A stretch of DNA of 62,155 bases, the filler included, from Bipalium vagum (taxonomy: Eukaryota): NCBI GenBank assembly GCA_037834085.1. It is 3 parts of 3 records of this genome, joined end to end, with 100 filler letters (N's around TTAATTAATTAA, not from the genome) between each part and the next. Parts side by side here need not be neighbours in the genome. Positions count along the whole stretch, not along the records: positions 1 to 16,125 come from JBBMKC010125841.1; 2 more parts are not named here. One strand, written 5' to 3'. Positions 1 through 10,800 of the stretch are shown in pieces. A model generated the notes under the pieces. That model saw only the letters and a list, made by a program, of their open reading frames with translations, searched no databases and was not told the DNA's origin. Numbering within the stretch: position 1 is the first letter of the stretch; every line of letters starts with the position of its first letter. The position numbers and the translations under genes are program-made.

Positions 1-1217
1 TTTTAAATAATAGTAAAAAGTAAATATTCCAGACAATTATTTATTTTGAATATTATACATAAACAATAATTCACAGATTTTTTAAAAGTAGATTTTGAAA
101 ATTATGTCCTTCAAATGACCACCACTTTCTGCCTCTCAAAATTTGGATCTTTTTATTGAGTTTTCCATGACATCTGCTAAAACCTCCGGGTCTATTGCTT
201 TAATTTTGTCACGAATATTATTCTTTAATTGTTGAATGGACTTTGGCTTATTAATATAATATTTCCCCCAAAAAAAATAATCTGGTGCTGATAAATCTCA
301 ACGAGGAGGACAGTTGAATGTCGAATTTCTGGAAATTATCCGATTACAGAAAATCTCACGTAAGAGTTATATGGTATGTTTCGCCGTGTGTGCGGTGGCT
401 CCATCTTGTTGAAACCACATCAGTTCATTGTCCGCAACAGCAGGAAGCAAATATGTTTTAATCATATCGGGATATCGCTTAGCATTTATGGTTACAGCAT
501 TCCCATTAACATCCTTAAAGAAATATGGCCCTATAATCTTTTCATATGAAACACCACACCAAACTGTGCATTTCATCGAATGCATTTCTCTTTAGTGAAC
601 ATCCCTTGCATTTTCAGATCAACATATTCTATAATTTTGCTTGTTGACAAATCCATTCAGATGAAAGTGGGATTCGTCACTCATTATCAAATTCTGCATG
701 AAGTTTTCATGAGCCATTTCTTGAAATTTCCGGACATAGGTTAATCTTTGTTGTTGGTCTGCCTGCTTCAAATATTGCACCATTTGAATTTTGTATGGAA
801 ACAGTTTTTGTTCCCTTACCAGAATTCGTTGTAAGGTTTTTCGAGAAATTCCTAATTGCAAAGAACGTCTTCAAGCTGATGTTTCTGGGTCCTCCACAAT
901 ACTCTTTCGACTCGTTCAATATCTTTATTTCTGGTTTGGTGCGGTCTTCCCAATCTATGCAAATCGTTTACGGAGCCCTGGCCTTGGAAACGTTTAATTA
1001 ATTACATAATCATAAATGGTGCTCGTGGCTTCTTAACATTGAAATGTTTGCAATATTTACGTTGAGTTCAGATTATTGAATTATTTTTTTGAAAATTGTA
1101 TTGTATATCTTTGTGACATTAATTTCCTGGAATCCATTTTTATATGTACAATTTCAAAATAAATATTGATTTTTTTATGAATTTTTAAATTTATTAATTA
1201 ACTTTTGCGCCACCATG
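1..1217 (-). mobile_element. Decayed Tc1/mariner element, rosa (DD41D)-type transposase pseudogene; 3' end probably outside the window
   Basis: Frameshifted fragments SDESHFHLNGFVNKQNYRI (619-861), WFQQDGATAHTA (367-585), PPR*DLSAPDYF and a GGHLKDIIF C-terminus. Second-to-third Asp spacing is 40, with an apparent one-codon loss. TIR-like end TA|CATGGTGGCGCAAAAGTT at about 1200-1219. Confidence 0.85.
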
Positions 1218-1821
1218 TATAACCTGGATGTATTTTTCTTCCAGCTCAATATTTTTAGATAGAAATCTTATTAGATTCAATGCTGCTAAGTATTAATATA
1301 TGAATAAATACACAAACACAAAATTCAAAGATAATTTATTTGTTTCATATTCATTTAAATGTAAATATTTTTCTCTATCACCCAACTGGAAAACCTTTAA
1401 AAATAAACATTATTTTTCAATTAGTTTAAAATTTTTACCATACTTCTCATTCGAAGATCGCACTAACTGATTGATTTAAATCAAAATAATCGATCCCTGC
1501 CTGAGAAAATAGTTCGATTCAATTTTTAAAAATATATTCTTAAAAATATCAAAATAAAATATTAACACATGTTATCTCTTAATTATAAATTTTTAAATAC
1601 TTTAAAAATACTATTATTACTATTATTATTATTATACTATACTATTATTAAAAAAAATATTATTTTAAATATTATATATTGTTATTGTCAATATCAAAAT
1701 TATTATTATTTATTATTAATTAACTGCAAGCATTGAATATTTATGACTTATATAATAACAATTAAAACACGATAATCAAAAATTATATTATTTTCCACTA
1801 GTGCTTTATCTTCATAAAATA

Positions 1822-4800
1822 TCAACCTCTGTAATTACCCAACATCATATTGACATCATTCGCAGTCTTATTGTATTCGTCAATATTTGATTGGATAAAT
1901 TCAGTGAAGCTCTGGATAAATATTCGAATATTTGGATAGGTTGTTGATTCAATGTTTATCAGAACATCAAACAAATTTAACCAAATATTTCCAGCTCGCA
2001 AATTTCTAAAAAAGAGAAAATCGATGAACAAAAAAACTACGTTGGTGAAAATATTCCATTTTTAACGAAGCCAATAATATTGATACTTACTAAGTTTTTT
2101 GATAAGTGCGGTTTGTGATTTTATGGTGGGTTGGTGGAAGCAATTGCGTCATATATAATCATAGAATAATAATAATAATTGAAAAACATTATAATTAGCT
2201 ATGTTAGTAATATGAAAATTTTTATTATTCTCATTTTCATTATGCTGGAATTTTGTTTGGGCTTTAGCGATGCATTATTGATGAGATGACTGATATCATT
2301 CTCAGTCAAATGCATTCTAGCTGAACCCATAATGAAACCTCCTGGTACTCCATTAGTTATAGAAAAGGGGAGATGATGATAAAATAATGAAGAGAATAAA
2401 GACGATGAATGAAAGAGAATTAATTACTTTTTATGAGATTCGAGAAATCGCGATAAGAAGCTGTGAAGAGTAAAATTGAGATTTGTATCTTGGCATAATT
2501 TGTGAGTTGCTTTGAGGAAAAGGTGTTTTAAAGAGATTTAATTTGTGGTAATGTGTTAATTAGAGATTTTTAAAAATGTCTTTAGTGGAAAATGAATTGG
2601 TTTGAGATCGTGAAAAAATGTTAACCTTTGGTGACCAATGTGACCAGTATAAAGCCTTATGTAATTTTTAGTGATTAGTCAAATCTGGCTCAAAGATAAA
2701 AAAGTTGAGGTTAGTGAAATTAGGAGTGCGTACGAGAAAATCGTAAAAAACAGAATTGATTAGTAGAAAAGAAAATAATGTATCTAAGAAGTCTATTAGA
2801 GTACGTCAGTTGAAGATAATTGCTCAAAAGTGAATAAATTGTAGAGTAAGAGTTAGTAAAATTGTCGGTGAATGTGTGGGATTTTATGTCGGAATATCGA
2901 AGTGGCTGAAGGTTTGGTTTCGATGATGAACGAATTATGCAAAGATTGCCTATACATTTTTGTGGTATGGAAAGGAATATATCAGCAGATTGAATCGACA
3001 GATTTTTCATTAAAAAAATCAGAGACCAGATGAGGCGGCTAGAAAATGTGTATGAGTTAGTATTATTGGTACAAAGGGTTTGGTTTCAAGAAGCAGTGGA
3101 ATAAGATTGATTAGAAAAATTTGAGGAATGTTTTATTGAAATTGCGCAACCACTGAGGACGACTATAGGATTGGCAGATTATAAAGATGTAGATGAATTT
3201 TTTCATAAAGTAGAGCCGAAATGAGTATTACGGATAATCCACGAATCATTTTACGAATTCGAAATTAGAAAACGAGATATGTATTAACATAAACTTTGTA
3301 ATCAGATCGTCAATTTCATTGGTTTTGGAGGTTACGAACACAACATTTTCCCAATCCAGTAACGTACTTTGTTTCATTAATAATTCTCTTTGTATACCAT
3401 ATCTTTACATTTCGATCCAAATTTGAGAAATTACTGATCTATATTTGAACTCAAAGACAAAATGATTGAATATTTTGCCTCTTCCAATGTTTCATGAGAT
3501 TATTTGAAAAGTTTTTAGTTAACAATTAAAACAGCACACTTTGTTGTACAAAATTATAAATTGGTCTTAATATTAAGAAAATGAAAAATAATAATAATCT
3601 CCAGTTTTTGTCTGATATATCAGTTCAATTAGTCTAAAAGAAAGTTGAAAGATTTATAATAAATAAGATCATGATACTGTATTTTAAAAATGTAAACATG
3701 GAAAAAATGAAAAATTATACCTGAAGTTTGTAAAACTAGAAAATGTGAAACGACCATTTTTCTGAACAATTTTTGGATATTGGTTTTGTAAAAGAACATA
3801 AAGAGTTGTAGCAATGTTAAACAAATCGATCTGAAAAAGATTTATTGTCGATAAAATCAAATTAATAAAAGCAAACTTTTTCACAATCGATTTTAAGAAT
3901 TTTACATTTAAGAATTACTTCAAATATTTAAGTATTTAAAAAATATTTAGTATTTAAAAGTCAATTTTTGGAAAAATATTAAAATTATTTATATCTGATA
4001 CAAACAAGACAATATTTTTTATAGGAAAGATTTCCACAAATCATAGCGGGAAAATGGGATGTTTGGCAATATTTAAATTATAAATAGTCAATGCATGAGA
4101 TGGTTTCAACGATTTAAACATGGACATATAGGTCTGAAAGACGATCAGCATGAACAACCCAGTGCACAAAATCCTCCCAGTTCCACCATACACATATCAT
4201 TGTTTTCTTGGGATGAAGTTCTTTCTTTACTCTTGGCTTAGGCTTGACTCCATTAGCTACCAACTCCTTCCTCTTTCTCATATTGACGTAGAGACACCAT
4301 TTCTCATCTCCTTTAACGATTCTATGCAGAAATCGCTCCGTGTGGCCGCATGTCGCTGCAGGATGTTTCACTGTTGACAAAGTTCAAAACAGTAGAAATG
4401 ATAGATACATCAGATATGCCTGTGAGCGATGTCCCAGATCACATTAAAAGCATTACCAGGTCAAAAAATCCCAGCCATATGATGGTTTTTGGACTGGTGT
4501 CATCAGATGGTAAAAAATGCCTACAGAATTGTTTGACAAAGGTTTTAAATTAAATACTGACGGTTATCTGAAGATTTTACAAGAAAAAGTTCTCCCATGG
4601 GTTCGAGCCAACTATGCCGACATGGGAAAAGTCATTTTTACCCAAGATTTATTACCGTTGATCTCCGATTTATCTATTGTCAGAAATATGTTTTGGCTTC
4701 GAAGATAAATAATGATCTCTGAACAAGTAATTTCTTACTAGTGTTTCAGATGGCAATTTTAAATTCATAAAATCTAAAGATTCAATCATTTCCTTATTTC

Positions 4801-7800
4801 GGGCTTTCTGCAGAGAAAACATAGGGGTTTGTTATTAAATGAACAAAATCGTGTTTAGGTTTTGTTAACCACGGCAATTTAATTTTTGATGTCTGAAATC
4901 ATAGAAAATAAACACGCTTTCAAAATGTATTTATAAACAACTTATCTGCCCATAAAAGTATTATTTAAACAAATAATTTTTAATTGATTTTTTAATTTTA
5001 TTAAAAATACTCAGAGGTTTAATTAAAAATGACTGTTCCAATTTGTTTATACTTAAACCTTTAAGCATTTGGATATGTATCAAAAGATTCATGTTAAAAT
5101 ATAAAATCCTGGGAATTCTATCGTAAGAGTTATTCTGTTTGTCTTCCGTAGAAATTGCAGTTTTTTACTTCATCTAAGACATTAAAGATTATTTTTAGGT
5201 GTAACTCATATCTACAGAAGTAAGACAAAACAAGGAAAAGGATTTGTATTATTTCTTTTAATCTAGGCTTGGTCATAAAGTTATTTATTTATAATATGCA
5301 AAGAATAATCAGAAACAAGGTTACTAAAACCAATTAGTAAACTAGGCGTTAATTATCAATAAACAAAAATAAAAACTGTTATTGTAAAAAAGCCAAACAG
5401 AACAATAAATACATTTTTAGGTCAGATGAAGATAATTATAGAAAATCGAGACAGAGACAGATCGTTTTCATCTGCATCAAGAATATTCTCCACAAGAATA
5501 TTTTTAAAAAATTGAATTATCAAATTTAATGTGAATAACTTACCAACGACACGTTGATATGAAAGAAGTTTTTCGAAATTTTAACATTAAAAACATAATT
5601 ACATGTGATGATTTATAATCTTTTATCATTTTTTTTCCTAAATTATTAATGTGTTTAAAAATTAATTCGGTTTTTAAAGTTAAAACGAAATTAAGTTTTT
5701 TATGCATAAGTACATTTTTAATGAGCAAAAAAATAAGATAATTTTAGGCCTCTTGTCCTTATTTTCGAGGAACCGGGTCAATATGTACCTAGGTTTGAAT
5801 CGAATATTCTACCAACTAATGAATGCTTGAGAAAGCGAAATGAGTAAAAATCTTAAGAAACTAAGTCAAGCAAATATGGTTTATAAGGTGTTACATACCA
5901 ACCACCATACAGGAGGTCCTGCTTATTCATACTCATTCATTCTTTTTACGTTCATGGTAGCCTCCTCGGCTTTATACATTCATTTAATTTTTCCAGTCTC
6001 TGACAGTAAAGTTCAGAATTATTTTTTACTTCTTCCGTAGTAGTTCAAAAAACTTACACCGTCATCTCCTCCATTAGAAACCAGAACTTTCTTTATGTAT
6101 TCCAGATTTGGATATAGTTTGAGATAGTTCACCTCTCTTGACCGCTTTCAACTATGATTACTACATATAGATAATCAGCTGATTATCCGCTGTTATGGTT
6201 CTTTTCAGAAACAGGTAGATATCCCCTTCTGTGAGACTCAGCAGAATGCAAATATCAAGATTTGCGAAATAACTAAGCCGTTTGAAAAAGGTGTGGACAG
6301 TTGAATTAGGCAAATTAAATGTTTTCAATTCTCAAGTTATCAAAAGTAGGTTTTCTTAAACTAAAATCTTCAGCTTATTTGTAATTTGATGTAGCTTCTA
6401 AAACGTTAAAGATTTTGAAAATAAAAATAAACTTGCCATTGATTTTCTTACACGACACGTAACTTTATTCTGGTTTGTTTAACAGAAGTCAAACCATTTG
6501 TGTCGATTTTTTAATGATTAAAAAATTAATAGTTTAGATTTTCATTGCTTTATACAGGATTCTGATAAGCACATTAAAAAATTGCATTTCTAATATTTTT
6601 CAACTTTTTAATTTATAATTCTGTTGCCATTTGATCTTGAAAGAGAACATGAATTTAATTTTGACAAGTATTTTATCAATCGAATATAGAAAATATTGAA
6701 ATATGTAAAAAATTCAATATCAAAAATAATTTTAATTACACACCAATTTAATATTAATATTCAACAATATTTTTTCACATATCTTCATCGAATAACAAAG
6801 ATATTCAAAACAATAAGTTCACGTTTTTTTCCATAATTGATTTGTATCAATGTGTGAAAAATTTGATATGAAAATCTCATAATTAATAAAATCGATAAAA
6901 CTTTAAATTAATCAGTATTTATGAGTCAAATTTTAGAATATCAATTAGATATTTTGAAATAATTGAAATAAGAGGAAAAACTTGTGCAATCATCTGTAAA
7001 TAATCAATATACCTGATAACGCCAAGGTTTGTTTGAAACCATTTCAACACATTCAAGGCCTTTTGGGCTGCCACGAGTGACAAAACCCGAATGAGGTTTG
7101 AATCTCTCAAGAAAAATTGCTTTTCCAAAATCAATAAAGACAATGACTTGAGTTTTACTGGAAAAAAAGACCTCAATTGTGGAATGAAAGGAATATTAAT
7201 GTAGTGATGCTTACGTTAATTTGAAAGATTTCTGCAAATGAGGAAAATTTTCATTTAGAACGATATTATCGGGTTTTATATCACAGTGCAATATTCGTGC
7301 AAAACTATGCAAATAGAAAATGGTCCAAATCAGTTCAATAGCAACATATGCAGAGATCAATTCTATTTGATGAACCCGAAAATGTTCCTTTCTAATCAAT
7401 ACACTCAAATTCAGTAGTGTCCCCTTTCCATAAAACGGCATGAGAACAAATGTATGTGTTGGCGTTACTTGAAGACTGAGTATTTCACAAATGGACGACA
7501 ACTGGAAAATAAGATTATTCGATGATTAGAAAAGAACATTAATCTTTGTACTGTATTGATTTTTTGTGGTTTTTCTTTATAGATATCACGAATATATTTC
7601 ATAACGAAATATTCAATGCAACTAGAGGAATTAATGATCTTGACAACATATTCATTGATTTTTGAAAACTGCTTCCTCGCCAAGTATATCTCCACAGTAT
7701 GGTCACATTTCAATTTGAACTTCGAACTGATAAAAAACTCTTCCATTACATTTCCAATTTCTTAATAGAATTTAGATTTTAAATAAATTGATTTAAATCC

Positions 7801-10800
7801 CAAAAACCAATTTTTGTCACATAACCCTTTAATATTAAAATTAAAAAATTTGATGTACCCTTGATTTTATAACAAATTTTTGAAGTTGGTCTCATTTGAG
7901 TGATTATAAAAAGTAATGTCTAACATGAATCAATTTAAAGTTTTGAGAATGTCGTGTTATGGATTTAAATAAGACAATTTTGAAAATGTTTCACAAATAA
8001 ATATTTGCAAAGAAAAGAAAATCGATCTTTTATAACCACATCACTCCTGGATTGTGGTCTGCAAAGTCTCCTGATTGTAATCAACTTGACTATTACGTTT
8101 TGGACGTGGTTGAAGCGATAATAAATAAGACTGTCTGTAATAAAAATGACCTATTCTCGTTTCAGGAGTCGTGTAGAGACTGTCATTGATTCTGATGGTT
8201 GGTTTATTGAATAATTAAAACCTCCAATGTTTAATATTACTGAAATTTCGAATAAATCTCCAAAATTATAGTTTGAGGTATTTTTCTTTTTTGTATTTTA
8301 CTGTACTCTACCGTAATCAATGAGGATCATCTCAATCATTGATTTTTAAGAATTCATGAAAGTACCGATGGAACACGTCTTTTAAAAAAATATTTACAGA
8401 TCAAATTGTCCAATCCCCTTTCAATTATCAAAATCTTACTGAATTTTAGTTTTTGATAAGTTCGAATACTTTCTGTCACTACCAAAACGTTCTGATCGTT
8501 CATTAATTGTGGCAAAATCTCTTCCCACCAAACGGCTCGTAAACTTTCACTCCATGGACTATCTTCGACAATTGGAATATTACCTGGTACTAAAATTTCA
8601 TTTTGAGTAATATCAAACTTTGTTTTGTCGAGATCATTTTCTGATTGTGCACTTACAGAAAGAAAATGCCTTCTAAAAAAATATAGTGGAATACAAAAAC
8701 TCCAAACGTTACACATAATTATAGTTGATATTTATCCTGAGCCACAATCATCAAAGCTTCGATAATCTTATCATTGGTGTCTTTTGAGTTTTAACAGATT
8801 TTTATTTTGACAGTTAGTTAGTCAAATATTCTATGAAAGCCAATATATCATTTTATAAAATTTTCAAAACTGACAGAAAGTATAACAATTTTTTTAACAG
8901 ACCACGAAAAAAGAAAATTATGTTGACGAGAAAATCGAACTGTATATAATACAATAAAAAATCTCTTCAATTTCATTCTATTTGATACAAGCACAAAACG
9001 TGCAATATTCAGACAAAAAAAAGAAAAGATTTTCAGACTTCTATAGAAGAAAAACATTTTATTATCAGAAGATAGTTTGTATAACGAAGGGATATCTCAC
9101 GAGAAATTTCAAACTTATAACCAGACTTTATGAAAATCAGAAAAGAAATCGAAGTTTCAATTTTCTAAAACCATGAATCATACACAAAAAATTATAAAAT
9201 CGTCAACTTAAAATCAATAATCAGTAAATAGAAAATTTGAAATGAAATACTAAAATTAAGACAGAAAATAAAGTCAAATAATCCTATCGATTGAAAACTT
9301 TTATCGTTTAAAATATTTTTGAAAAATTAAGACACACTCTGAAATAGATGTATTATATGAAATGCACATTTACTTTAAACTCTCCAATTCGTTGCCGATC
9401 AATATTCTGCTGGCATCCTTTTCACTGTCCAACTGAAAATCGGAAGAATTAACGCAGTTTTCTTTACCTGAGCCAACAATGATTTGCGAAATCAATACTA
9501 TTTCATTACCTGAAACCGGTTTCAGAGATACATCCACCATTTCCGTGACAGAAAGAATGTTTTGCAATTTTTCATTCAATTTCAACACATTTCTATCATT
9601 ATCGGTTGGGCTTCGAATATTATGGTCTTTGGAATTCAATTGGAAATCGATAACAGGTTTCACTTTATTCTTAAGCTGTGGTGACTTTAACAGCTTTGGA
9701 ATTTGAGTTCGCTTCATTACATTGATATCGACTTTCTTTTCATTCTTTTCTTCTCTCTCATAACCGTCGTACACATTTTCCGCGATTTTAACAAAATCAT
9801 CGACTTTAGCATTGCTTCCCATAGGTAACTTCTTTGTACTTTCTGCTACTGGTAAATTCTTAAAAAACTCTTCTATGGGATGTATTGAAACTTTCTTGTC
9901 TTGATCGGGAATTTTAGTGCTTTTAGCAATTGGTTTTGTGACAACGAAATCTCTCTTCATAAGTGTATTGTCACAGCAATCGACCTTCTGTTCATCACGC
10001 TTTTTAGGACTTTCGACAATTTTAGGTTTGATTACAACATAATCATCATCTAACAGAACACGATTTTCAAATGGACGTTGTTTTCCATTTTGTGCTATCA
10101 TGTTTTGACTGGATACTTTTTTTGTGCTTTCAGCAATTGGTTTATTTCTTAAAAATTCATCGGGTTCAGCAATCATTTTTTCCGAATCGATTTTTTTCAG
10201 ATTTTTTGTGCTTTCTGCCATTGGCTGATTTTCTAAAAAATCTGCTTCAGTAATCGTTTTATCACTGTCCAATCTGCTCAATCTAGGTGCTATTAAGTCA
10301 ACAAATGGCAGTTTTTTGGTGCTCTCTGCAATTGGGGGATTCTTTAAAAAGTCGACAGGTTCTTCAATTGGTTTTCCAGGCTTATTGATTTCTCTCTGAT
10401 ATTGTGTACTTTCAGCCATCGGTTGATTTTTAAAAAAATCAACAGGTTCTGCCACATTTCCGGAAGATTTTTCAAACAATTTATCATTGATATTTTTCAA
10501 ATATTTAGGGGTCTCTGATATTGGCCTATTTTTCAAAACATCTTTCTCTGTAACAGTTTTGTCAATGTCAACTTCGTTCCATTTTGCTAGCATCGCTTTA
10601 CCGGTCTTTAATTTTTTTGTGCTTTCCGCAATTGGAAAATTTTTTAAAAATTCATCTGGCTCAGCAATCATTTTTTCAGAATTATCGAGTTTTTTCAGAT
10701 TTTTTGTACTTTCTGCTATTGGCATATCTTTCAAGAATTCCGCCTCGGTGATCGTTTTGTCTATTTCCAATCCATTCATTTTCACAACCATTTTATCATT

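Noticed and set aside
2880-3287. Plus-strand frame interrupted by four TGA and one TAA, suggesting a mitochondrial-code or mitovirus-like insert
   Set aside because: No recognisable mitochondrial or RdRp motifs. It is better explained as the antisense of a C-rich decayed retroelement.
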